A stretch of 56,615 bases of DNA, from the IMG/VR virus record IMGVR_UViG_3300042564_004560. The stretch is one strand, 5' to 3'. The stretch is from an uncultured virus (IMG/VR IMGVR_UViG_3300042564_004560) (taxonomy: Duplodnaviria > Heunggongvirae > Uroviricota > Caudoviricetes). This document shows, piece by piece, positions 38,012 to 47,702 of the stretch. Numbering within the stretch: position 1 is the stretch's first letter; each line of letters starts with the position of its first letter. The notes below the pieces were generated by a model that worked only from the letters and a program-made list of their open reading frames with translations, did no database searches and was not told the origin of the DNA. Both the position numbers and the translations under genes were made by a program.

Positions 38012-41000
38012 ATGGGTCAATCATATAGAATAAAAACTGAACTTGGTGTCAATAAGACAATCAATGTACAATTAGACCAAGATTTTGAGTTTTTAGAAAT
38101 ATTATCATTAAAAATACAACAAACAGATGTTTACACAAGAAGTTGTGCTGACTATGGTGTATTAGTAGGTAGAGTAATTGCAAATGGAGGATTTGGGGTA
38201 CCTAACGCCAGAGTTTCGGTGTTTATCCCAATTACAGTTGCCGACCAATCAAACCCTTTAATCTCAAGTATCTACCCTTATAAATCACCTACAGATAAAA
38301 ATGAGGATGGTTATAGATACAATCTTTTACCTTACGAAAAATCTTATTCAAAACACGCAGCAACGGGTACTTTACCATCAAGGATTGATTCTTTAACAGG
38401 TTCTACCGCTGTTGAAATATTTGACAAATACTATAAATTTACGGCCAAAACAAATGAGAGTGGTGATTATATGATAATGGGAGTTCCTTTGGGGAATCAA
38501 ACCGTTGTCATGGATGTGGATTTATCGGACATTGGTGAATTTTCATTAACACCTCAAGATTTAATTAGAATGGGACTTGCAACTGAAGGACAAGTTGCGG
38601 GTAATAAATTTAGAACTTCTACTGATTTAAAATCATTACCACAAATTATTAATATTGTTAAAAGCGCTGAGATTTCTCCATTATGGGGAGACCCGACTAC
38701 CTGTCAAATAGCCGTTAATAGATTAGATTTTGATTTAAGAGATGAGGCAAATGTTGATATACAACCGACATCAGTATTCATGGGTTCAATGTTTTCATCT
38801 TCTGATGGGTTTAAAGTTAGAGATAATTGTAAACCAAGAGATGATATGGGTAATCTTTGTGGATTAACAACAGCTCCTGGTCAAATACTTGCAATTAGAC
38901 AAACAATTCAACAAGATTCTGAAGGTAATCCTGTATTAGAGCAATATGATTTAGAACAGGCTGGAAATGTTATTGATGCGAGTGGTACATGGTTAATTGA
39001 ATTACCTATGAATTTAGATTACTTTATCACAAATGAATTTGGAGAAAAAATAATATCTTACGACCCAACAGTTGGAATCCCAACAAAAGGTAAATATAGA
39101 TTTAAAGTAAAATGGACACAACCAAATGATTTAACATTAGCAACAAGGAGACCATATTTTTTAATCCCTAATGTTAAAGAATATGGGTGGACTACTAGTG
39201 AGTCGGACCCAACAAGTAGAGGACCAGTATCGGGATATACAAATAAACAAAAACAACAATTAAGTTCATATTATTTTGGTTTGGCTTGGAGTGGATATAC
39301 TGATGGTTTTATCGACCAACAAAAAATAGATAAATTAAATGAATCTATTGATTGTAATGACACTTTTTATCAATTTGAATTTAATAGAGTTTATACCGTT
39401 TCATCATTTATTGACCAATGGAAAAAAGGAGGGAACTTTATTGGTCCATCTTCAGGTAATTTTATTGGTATTAAAGAAATTGATTCCTTTGATTGTGAAG
39501 ATACTGTAAATAAATTTCCTGTTAATGACGGATTTAAAAATTTTGATTTATTATACTTTTTATTTTCAATTATATTCACAATTTTACAACCTGTTGGGAT
39601 AATCGTTTTAGTAATTGCCCATATTTTATTATATCTGTATAACCTAATCGCAGACTTTTTATGTTGGCTTTCTAAACAAGGAATAGGTAGGCCAATTAAT
39701 TGGAAACCATTTAGATGGTTGAATAAATATTGTCCTAAAAAAGATTTTACAGTTAGATTACCGATGATTACTTATCCTGAATGCCAAGCCTGTGGTTGTG
39801 AACAAAATATACAAACAAAACCAAACAATACTGCGTTTACAAATTCACAAGGTACAGGAGCTTTAACTTTATTATCGGATTCTACCTTATATGAAGACAA
39901 ACTTCAATCGACTTATTTTTCTGGGGATACTGAAAATGGTGCTGATTGGTCTATTATGTTTTCACAATCTCTTGCGGGTTTCTGTCCGACTGCAGAACTT
40001 TCCAATCCAATCAGTTATAAACTACCTATTTCTCAAATAATAACTTTAAGTGATAATAGACAAAGATTTGTACAATCATATGATTTACCTGTTGGAGAAA
40101 GAATTAATATTTTTAATCAAAGGAGTTCTTTTTTTACAGATATTAATAAAATTAAAGTTACTGTGGCTAAAGATTTAAATGCTGGTAAATACCATTATGA
40201 TAATACATTAACAGTTTTATCCCAAGAACCTATACCTGCTGGTACGTTATTAAGTTTTATTAATATTACAGGTACTACGGATATGAACTATACTTATTCA
40301 GCATCAACTCCAACTGGGACTATAACAGGTATTAGCGGTGAAACTTATAATGGCACTGGTGCGACTACAGTTAATGTTTCATATGCAATAAATCAAGTTA
40401 CTAATTCTGTGCCAGTTACATATAATCTACCTTATGGGTCTGGTGAAACTAATTATAAATTTCCTGCTGACGTAGAATATTTTCAGGTTGTAACGGCAAT
40501 TACCGTTGCTGATGCCGCAAAATTATGGAATACAGGTACAACACAATCATTTGGTAATATTTTATTGGAACCAACAGAAGCGACCGATTGGATTTCAGAA
40601 TATCTTGGTGGTGTGGGATTTAGATTTATACCATACAGAAATCCTGGATTGTCTTTTGTTGCAACAGATTATTATGAAGCATTCCAAACACAATATGTGT
40701 TGGTGTTACAAAGAGGTGTTGACCCATATTCTCCTGTGTATCGAAATGAGTATAGTTTGGGTAATATATTTGGAACCAATGAATTTGACCCAAATTGGAC
40801 ATTTACTGCGGAAACAAGACTTAATATTCCTATACAAAAATTAAGTAATCCGACTATCTCTGTTCAAGGATATTCTCAAAATGAAATATTTTATCAGTCT
40901 TACTTTTTTAAACCTGGTACAACAACTCAACCAATACCTGGACAATCTTTTACAGGGTATAATACAACGAATACTGCGTATTACGGTTCGTTAGATTCCA

Positions 41001-43153
41001 ATGGTCAAGCACCAGGGGCAAAACCTTCTTTGGTCCCTAATAATCCTGGAACTACGGGGGGAGCTAGAAGATTATCTTACTATGGTTCTACATCTAATCC
41101 ATTGTCAACTTGTAATATATCGACTGCAGTGGTTGCGGATAGTTTATTTGTTCCTGTAGCGTACACATCTCCTGTTGTTGGATTACGACTATTTCAAGAT
41201 TATACTGAATATGGTTCAGGATATTATAGTAATCCTTTACCTGGTAATAATTTGTATTGGAAGATAAATTGGAATGGAGCTTATTATAATATTAAAGTTA
41301 AACCTAATGGATATATTGAGTCATTTACTTCTTGTCCTACACCATCAACAGTTCCCAATGAAATGATTTCCTTAACTACTAATCGAATGTATGACAGTTC
41401 ATCTAGCTCTACAAGTTATGATAATAGTGAAGATGTTTCTGGTATGGGAATAATGTCACAATTTACCCCACCATTATGGAATAATATTCCTTATGTTGGT
41501 AGTCCTAGGTTTGATTTTAGCTCTTATTATTATACTCGAATTTTTACATCAAGTTTTAATACGACAAATCCTATTTTTATACCAATGACAATTAATGCTT
41601 CCCAATTAAATGTTATTAGAACAGATAGGTTACCAAGTTCAGACCAATTAGATGGTGGTAGTTGGGATAATAATCCTTCATTATTACAACAAAATCTTAA
41701 TTTTGCGATTTATGAAATTAATACCGCAGGGGATGATATTAGTTCAGTATCTTTTAGTGTTGGTGCTCAAACAGTGACAGCAGATTTAGATGGATACGGA
41801 CAATTAACAACTGGTGTGTTAGAAAGTTTTGATTGTGAAAATATGGTTGGGTTAGGGTGTTATACAGGATTTGGAACTCAATTTGGAATTAATCAAGATT
41901 GTCCAACAGCGGATGCTGTTGAAGGTGGGTGTTATATGTTTTTAAGAAGACCATTAACAGATTTAACTAAAGACATTGGACAAACTTTTCCTGAATGGGG
42001 TTATAGATTTAGATTTTTCTACGCACTCTGTAGAGGAGTGTTATCGCAATCATTTATGAATAATTGGATTAATGGAGCGTTATATGCCTATCCAATACAA
42101 GTTACTACATACTATAATAATCAAAACAAAGCAGAATATCCAAGATTTTGTCAAGGAATTGCTTATTATAATATGGATAGTCAAAATTTTTATTACAGAA
42201 GTAGTCCATGGAATGATAATTTTAATAAATTTGTTGGTAAGAGAACCAATAATCCTGCAGGTTTAAATGGGGTTAATTTATTAAATCCAACAACAATTGT
42301 TAATTTAGGTATGAAAGATTATTTTTATTCTGAAATTACTTTTGATGCAACTACTAAAGCTTACATAATACCAAATATAGACTCTACAAGTTACGCGGAT
42401 ACTTCAGATTTAGTTAATTTATTTGTAATTTCTAGAATAACCGACTCAGATTTTTTGGATAAACTTATTGCTGCCGGAGATGCTGGAATAGATAAATTAT
42501 TTTCAAGAGACCAATTAAGAGTTGATGGAGATTTTGCACAATTAACCTCAATAAATTCTGAGATTGGAAATGTTAATTTTTCGCCTCAATTTTATGAAAT
42601 ACTACCGGGAGATACAAACCCACCTACTAATGTTTTAGGAAGTGCTGGTGACCCCGCAATGGCTGTTTGGTTTTCATCAACAACTCAAGATTTACAAACA
42701 AAAGATTATTTAACACCGGGTATAATTGATTTTAGAAGTTCAGATAATTTAGGGTATTATCCATATCCTTATGGGATTAAATCTCAATTGGTACCATTTT
42801 ATCAATGGGGGTTAGCGGATGGAAGTAGAATATTTGGTAATCAAAAAAATAATTGGAAGACAAGTACTAGTGATGTTATTCAAAATTATTACCAATCTTT
42901 AGATAGAGCGGCAACAAATACTAAATATTTTTTAAATGGGACATCTGTTGCTAATGATTTAACCGCAAGGGCTTACATATTTAGTGTTGATGGAGACAGG
43001 ACTAATTACCCAACAACAGGTGGTAAATACATAAATACAGGTCAAGAATCAAGTGAATTTTTAGTTGGGGCACCGTTCCAATTTTATTTTGGTCCTGTTA
43101 AAGGAGCTTCGGCATTAGATAGATTTAAAACAAAATATTCCGTAGATGAGTAA
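38012..43153 (+). CDS. Large putative virion protein with an N-terminal transthyretin/carboxypeptidase-regulatory-like beta domain and an internal hydrophobic segment
   Basis: GVLVGRVIANGGFGVPNARVSVF...TNESGDYMIMGVPLG, plus the hydrophobic stretch LLYFLFSIIFTILQPVGIIVLVIAHILLYLYNLI; lies in the baseplate cluster. Confidence 0.6.
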   Translation: MGQSYRIKTELGVNKTINVQLDQDFEFLEILSLKIQQTDVYTRSCADYGVLVGRVIANGGFGVPNARVSVFIPITVADQSNPLISSIYPYKSPTDKNEDGYRYNLLPYEKSYSKHAATGTLPSRIDSLTGSTAVEIFDKYYKFTAKTNESGDYMIMGVPLGNQTVVMDVDLSDIGEFSLTPQDLIRMGLATEGQVAGNKFRTSTDLKSLPQIINIVKSAEISPLWGDPTTCQIAVNRLDFDLRDEANVDIQPTSVFMGSMFSSSDGFKVRDNCKPRDDMGNLCGLTTAPGQILAIRQTIQQDSEGNPVLEQYDLEQAGNVIDASGTWLIELPMNLDYFITNEFGEKIISYDPTVGIPTKGKYRFKVKWTQPNDLTLATRRPYFLIPNVKEYGWTTSESDPTSRGPVSGYTNKQKQQLSSYYFGLAWSGYTDGFIDQQKIDKLNESIDCNDTFYQFEFNRVYTVSSFIDQWKKGGNFIGPSSGNFIGIKEIDSFDCEDTVNKFPVNDGFKNFDLLYFLFSIIFTILQPVGIIVLVIAHILLYLYNLIADFLCWLSKQGIGRPINWKPFRWLNKYCPKKDFTVRLPMITYPECQACGCEQNIQTKPNNTAFTNSQGTGALTLLSDSTLYEDKLQSTYFSGDTENGADWSIMFSQSLAGFCPTAELSNPISYKLPISQIITLSDNRQRFVQSYDLPVGERINIFNQRSSFFTDINKIKVTVAKDLNAGKYHYDNTLTVLSQEPIPAGTLLSFINITGTTDMNYTYSASTPTGTITGISGETYNGTGATTVNVSYAINQVTNSVPVTYNLPYGSGETNYKFPADVEYFQVVTAITVADAAKLWNTGTTQSFGNILLEPTEATDWISEYLGGVGFRFIPYRNPGLSFVATDYYEAFQTQYVLVLQRGVDPYSPVYRNEYSLGNIFGTNEFDPNWTFTAETRLNIPIQKLSNPTISVQGYSQNEIFYQSYFFKPGTTTQPIPGQSFTGYNTTNTAYYGSLDSNGQAPGAKPSLVPNNPGTTGGARRLSYYGSTSNPLSTCNISTAVVADSLFVPVAYTSPVVGLRLFQDYTEYGSGYYSNPLPGNNLYWKINWNGAYYNIKVKPNGYIESFTSCPTPSTVPNEMISLTTNRMYDSSSSSTSYDNSEDVSGMGIMSQFTPPLWNNIPYVGSPRFDFSSYYYTRIFTSSFNTTNPIFIPMTINASQLNVIRTDRLPSSDQLDGGSWDNNPSLLQQNLNFAIYEINTAGDDISSVSFSVGAQTVTADLDGYGQLTTGVLESFDCENMVGLGCYTGFGTQFGINQDCPTADAVEGGCYMFLRRPLTDLTKDIGQTFPEWGYRFRFFYALCRGVLSQSFMNNWINGALYAYPIQVTTYYNNQNKAEYPRFCQGIAYYNMDSQNFYYRSSPWNDNFNKFVGKRTNNPAGLNGVNLLNPTTIVNLGMKDYFYSEITFDATTKAYIIPNIDSTSYADTSDLVNLFVISRITDSDFLDKLIAAGDAGIDKLFSRDQLRVDGDFAQLTSINSEIGNVNFSPQFYEILPGDTNPPTNVLGSAGDPAMAVWFSSTTQDLQTKDYLTPGIIDFRSSDNLGYYPYPYGIKSQLVPFYQWGLADGSRIFGNQKNNWKTSTSDVIQNYYQSLDRAATNTKYFLNGTSVANDLTARAYIFSVDGDRTNYPTTGGKYINTGQESSEFLVGAPFQFYFGPVKGASALDRFKTKYSVDE

Positions 43154-44843
43154 TTATTTAATAGTTCCGAGTAATTTAAGATATAAAGGAGCACCTTCGG
43201 TTGATGAACAAATTGCAATATCATTAGATAGTCAGAATCAACAGATTACTGAATATGATAGAAGTTCAACCATAAGTCTTGCTCAAGTTTATGATGATGA
43301 GAGACAGGGATGTACGGTATTTAGACCAACTTTTAAGGCGACATTCCTGTATGAAAATACTTATACGGGAACTACGGGATATCTACCATTTCAATATAAC
43401 CTTTATTATACCGCACCTGTTTCATCAAAACAAAGTACAAAATGGCAAGGTTTCCCACAATATTATGAATTTGATTTTTATAGACCAGATGTTGGTGACC
43501 AACATTTTAATTATAAAGCTAAAAGTGCCTACACATATAATTGGACTTACTATTTAACATATCCTTATAATAATAACTACACTAAACAGTTAACATATTA
43601 TAGAAATAATATAAACTCTATTAATTGGATTGCGGGAGATGGAATACCTTTTTCAATTACAAATACATCACAAAATGGTAATGGGTTAGTGTCATTTACT
43701 TGTATTGCACCACATGGATTAACTATTGGTGAATACGTGGAGTTATCACTTGTTTATAGAAACTCAAATTTATTCCAAGTATATTCTTTAGGTAATGGAT
43801 TATTGGATAGTGATGTTCACATATTTAATCTGTTAAACATAGGTTATACAGGAACAACATTTAGTAATGGAACTACAGGCACATTTAAAAGGGTTATTAA
43901 TCCTGATAATTTAACGGAAACTAAATCAAAATATTATATTAGAGAACAAAAAGTTCTTACAAATTTAACAGATTTGGAAATAACCAAAGCTGGATTTGAA
44001 AAAAATGTATTTGCGGAACAAAAAAAATTAGAATATAGTTCTATAACACCAAACAATCTTACAAGAATATCTCAAAAAACTAGTAGTAATGCTTATAATA
44101 TGACTTCGGCATACGATTTAGATTTTGCGAATTTAAAAGATAATCAAAAAAGACCTATTAGCGAAATTAATTTAACGATTGTTAATAAAGGATATTCAGG
44201 TTACTTTAATCAACCAAGTAATGGTTTTGGGTTAAAACAAGGGTGGGAGTTTAATTTATCAAAAACAACAAATCCTTGGTGGAATCTAACTGAACAAAGG
44301 TCTAATACTTCTATTCCTGTTTCTTCATATACATTAACTAGCGGTGAAACAAAAACATTTTATTATAATCTTGATTTGAAAAAGGATGATATTATGGATG
44401 GTGATTTTTGTGAATGGAATGATTATGAACAGATTGAAAGAGTAGTTTCACCATACTATCACAAGTTAAAGTTTAACCAAACTGTTTTTCAAACAACAAC
44501 GGTTGCAACAACAAATTCACCAGGGTATTACTATCAACCACATAATAAAATGACTATTAGGGTATTTTCAGATTATGTGGAAACAGGAGATGTGGAGTTT
44601 GTTGACCAAGTCCCTGAATGGTCTTTCTATTCAACTAGCGACCGACAGTTTAGATGGAGAGATTTGTATACTTATGGATTTAGAGATAATTTAAATAGAG
44701 GAGTGGATTACCCGTATATTAATACGGCACATTACCCATTTTCAGAAATTGTTTTTAGATTAATTCCTGAAGGAATAAACTATAATGAGAATTTAGACGG
44801 ATATGACTTCTCATTCAAACCATTAATAGATGAGTGTGAATAA
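43146..44843 (+). CDS. Putative virion structural protein
   Basis: 565 aa, Tyr/Thr/Asn-rich, overlapping both neighbours in the baseplate cluster. Confidence 0.6.
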   Translation: MSNYLIVPSNLRYKGAPSVDEQIAISLDSQNQQITEYDRSSTISLAQVYDDERQGCTVFRPTFKATFLYENTYTGTTGYLPFQYNLYYTAPVSSKQSTKWQGFPQYYEFDFYRPDVGDQHFNYKAKSAYTYNWTYYLTYPYNNNYTKQLTYYRNNINSINWIAGDGIPFSITNTSQNGNGLVSFTCIAPHGLTIGEYVELSLVYRNSNLFQVYSLGNGLLDSDVHIFNLLNIGYTGTTFSNGTTGTFKRVINPDNLTETKSKYYIREQKVLTNLTDLEITKAGFEKNVFAEQKKLEYSSITPNNLTRISQKTSSNAYNMTSAYDLDFANLKDNQKRPISEINLTIVNKGYSGYFNQPSNGFGLKQGWEFNLSKTTNPWWNLTEQRSNTSIPVSSYTLTSGETKTFYYNLDLKKDDIMDGDFCEWNDYEQIERVVSPYYHKLKFNQTVFQTTTVATTNSPGYYYQPHNKMTIRVFSDYVETGDVEFVDQVPEWSFYSTSDRQFRWRDLYTYGFRDNLNRGVDYPYINTAHYPFSEIVFRLIPEGINYNENLDGYDFSFKPLIDECE

Positions 44844-45660
44844 ATTTGTAATACGACAAGACGGATTTCAAGATAAGCAAATTGATATACCGATATCTCT
44901 TACTTGGGATTATCTTGGGTTAGATATGGCTATTGAGGAATATGAAAAAACTGTAATTACGGAAGTAATTGGTGTTGGTAGAGATTTTGAAGTTTCAAGA
45001 TTTGCTCATTTACCTGCAACTGCTACCACAAATAATACTGAAATTAATTATGAATTTTATTTTTATTCTGGTGGTTCTTTATCGGATATTAATAATTGGA
45101 AGATAAATTATTTAGGAGAGGGATTTACCCCTCAAGAACTTTATTATTATGAAAACAATTTTTCAAATTCATTTTTTAAATTAGATTTTTATGACAGCCC
45201 TGATGATAAGTCACAAACAAATTATTTAACAATAATCATACCTACACAACAAGGTCTTACAATGGATACTCTGATGCAACGAACATTAGTTAGTGTTAAA
45301 AAACCAAAATTTATTTTAGACTATGTTGGTGATAAAGAAGGGTTTTTTATTTATTGGTTAAAGAAAAGAAACTTTTTAAATATAGATACTTTCTATATGG
45401 CAGCTAAGTTTTTTAACGCCAAAACAGGTCAGTTTACTAAAATGATGACAGGTAAAGGAACAAATCCATCAGACGATACAGAAGGACCTCAGTGGGATAT
45501 GGGAACTAATCCATACACTTTTGATGGTGCTACTTATTTTTATTACACGGTAAAGTTAGATTATTTAACACAAACCTATCAAGTATTTAATTCTGTTGGT
45601 CAAAGATTAGGGACTGAGATTCCCATAAAATGGTACGAATATGTTAACCCACCACAATAA
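44830..45660 (+). CDS. Putative virion structural protein
   Basis: 276-aa ORF coupled to its neighbours. Confidence 0.6.
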   Translation: MSVNKFVIRQDGFQDKQIDIPISLTWDYLGLDMAIEEYEKTVITEVIGVGRDFEVSRFAHLPATATTNNTEINYEFYFYSGGSLSDINNWKINYLGEGFTPQELYYYENNFSNSFFKLDFYDSPDDKSQTNYLTIIIPTQQGLTMDTLMQRTLVSVKKPKFILDYVGDKEGFFIYWLKKRNFLNIDTFYMAAKFFNAKTGQFTKMMTGKGTNPSDDTEGPQWDMGTNPYTFDGATYFYYTVKLDYLTQTYQVFNSVGQRLGTEIPIKWYEYVNPPQ

Positions 45661-46754
45661 TGGAAGATTACTATAAAATAACGGTATCACCTGAAAACAT
45701 TAAAGGAGATTTGTCTGTGGTATATGACACAGAAGGTACTCCTGTTGGGGTTTATTCTGCCATGACCAAAGTGGTTAGTTCTGGTTCATATGGTACCTCA
45801 TTATTAACTAACTTAAGTGTACCAATATTATTACGACAAAGTGCCGTTGACGCGGGATATTATAGTCCATTTGATGGTGCGGTATTACAAAAAAATGTAG
45901 TTGCAAATTTTATATTTTCATCAACAACTACCAACCCATATGTTTATAATGTTTACAATACTTCAAATGAATTTCAAAAGTTTTTAGACTTATCTGCATA
46001 TAGAATAAACTGGGGTGATAATTCGCCAACACAACTTATTACAGGGTATACGCCTAACTCAATAACACATACATACCCATCGGCTAATAAAGTTTATAAG
46101 ATTACTATGGAACAAACAAATCCATGGGGTGTTACTAAAGTAATTAAAAAAATAACAACACCGTTTAGTAATCCAACAATTTATAACCCTCAAGGGGAAG
46201 CTTTTTTTGTCCCATCATCAGGTAATTGGGTTGGTACTCCTGTATCATATGATTATATCTTTTCAGGTGATGCGGTAAATGAAGTATCAGCACAAACATC
46301 AAATAATTATGTTACAGTACCATTTACAGTATCAGGTTTAACTAAATCAAGAATAAATGAATTAGCTCAATACGGACCTAATAAATTTCAAGTTGGAGTT
46401 CCTGTTATTGCTAATGGTCAAATATGGGGGGCAATATCAGATATAAATGTTATCTACACTGCTTACACTATTACAGGTATCAACTATTATGACTATGAGG
46501 ACGGTACTACAATATATTTCCAACAATCTTCAGGATTGACAACAAACAATCTTACCGCCGAACCAATAACAAAAGATGAGGTATTATTAAAAGTTGTTGA
46601 CCAAGCTCAAATACAAACGGATGTTTTTGTTGAAAGAGGTAAAAACAGTGCATATGAAAGAGTTCAAAGATTGGGAGAAGTTGATAATTTGGGAGATATG
46701 ATAAATTATGGATACGGATTCTTTAATGTTGAGAATAAAAAACAAACAACCTAA
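45660..46754 (+). CDS. Putative virion protein with PKD-like domain
   Basis: YRINWGDNS...ITHTYPSANKVYKITM matches the PKD W(D/N)(F/W)GDG...HTY pattern. Confidence 0.65.
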   Translation: MEDYYKITVSPENIKGDLSVVYDTEGTPVGVYSAMTKVVSSGSYGTSLLTNLSVPILLRQSAVDAGYYSPFDGAVLQKNVVANFIFSSTTTNPYVYNVYNTSNEFQKFLDLSAYRINWGDNSPTQLITGYTPNSITHTYPSANKVYKITMEQTNPWGVTKVIKKITTPFSNPTIYNPQGEAFFVPSSGNWVGTPVSYDYIFSGDAVNEVSAQTSNNYVTVPFTVSGLTKSRINELAQYGPNKFQVGVPVIANGQIWGAISDINVIYTAYTITGINYYDYEDGTTIYFQQSSGLTTNNLTAEPITKDEVLLKVVDQAQIQTDVFVERGKNSAYERVQRLGEVDNLGDMINYGYGFFNVENKKQTT

Positions 46755-46773
46755 TTGAAAAAAGGAACTAAAC

Positions 46774-46781
46774 TATTTATA
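46774..46781 (+). promoter_or_regulatory. TATTTATA motif
   Basis: Recurrent motif; ATG at 46794. Confidence 0.55.
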
Positions 46782-46793
46782 AAATAAAAGAAT

Positions 46794-47702
46794 ATGGCAA
46801 TAGGTTCATACGGTACGATAAGACCATCCGATGTCTCACCAGCAGATGTTGAAATTATAATGAATTACACACCAACAAGGGATGTAACAGACCAATTCTT
46901 GCTTACAAAGTTAGATGCACAGACAATACTTAGACCTTACTTTGCGAATACTGAAACAGGTGGAAATGCAGGAGTTGAGGTTTTAGGCGGATTATACAAT
47001 TTAACTCTACCTGCAAGTCAATTTAACGCAATAGGGATTTATACCTTATATTTAAGACCTGTACAAATAAGAACAACAATTACTGATTGTGGTGTTTTAA
47101 GTGCGTTACCAAATGTTAAGGGTCTTGTAATTGACATTACAAATGTTCCTACTCAATATCAAAATAAATTTGTTCCACAAGGACTTATTGGATTTAGAAT
47201 TGAATATTTAAATCCCGACGGTTCAAAAATACCTAATTTCTTTAGAGTAGTGACCTCAAGTTTTTATTGTCAACCTGTTGTAACAAATGAGGTTAACACT
47301 TCACAAAAATCGGTTAGATATAGATATGTTGACGGTAGTTCAAATCTTTTGTTTTTAACATTATCACCTTCGTCATCACCAACAAACAAACCAAACGCAA
47401 CACCATTTATTGGACAGCCTGACCAAGACATTATAATTAGTAATACTTTTTTCAATCCTGTTACTTTGGAAATACAAATGGCGGAATATGACATTGATTC
47501 ATTGGCAATTGCTCTTTACGGTAATCAAACCAAATCTATTGATGACGGTATCTACACAATTTACGATTCTCAAAATAACATATACAGACAATACAACTTA
47601 TATGAAATTAGAGACCAATTTAATGCATTGTTATATGAAGTTAGACAGAATAGAAACGATAATATTGATTTCAGTAAAAATTTCACAAATATAAGTAGCT
47701 AA
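46794..47702 (+). CDS. Putative virion structural protein
   Basis: 302-aa ORF after the recurrent motif, within the structural cluster. Confidence 0.6.
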   Translation: MAIGSYGTIRPSDVSPADVEIIMNYTPTRDVTDQFLLTKLDAQTILRPYFANTETGGNAGVEVLGGLYNLTLPASQFNAIGIYTLYLRPVQIRTTITDCGVLSALPNVKGLVIDITNVPTQYQNKFVPQGLIGFRIEYLNPDGSKIPNFFRVVTSSFYCQPVVTNEVNTSQKSVRYRYVDGSSNLLFLTLSPSSSPTNKPNATPFIGQPDQDIIISNTFFNPVTLEIQMAEYDIDSLAIALYGNQTKSIDDGIYTIYDSQNNIYRQYNLYEIRDQFNALLYEVRQNRNDNIDFSKNFTNISS

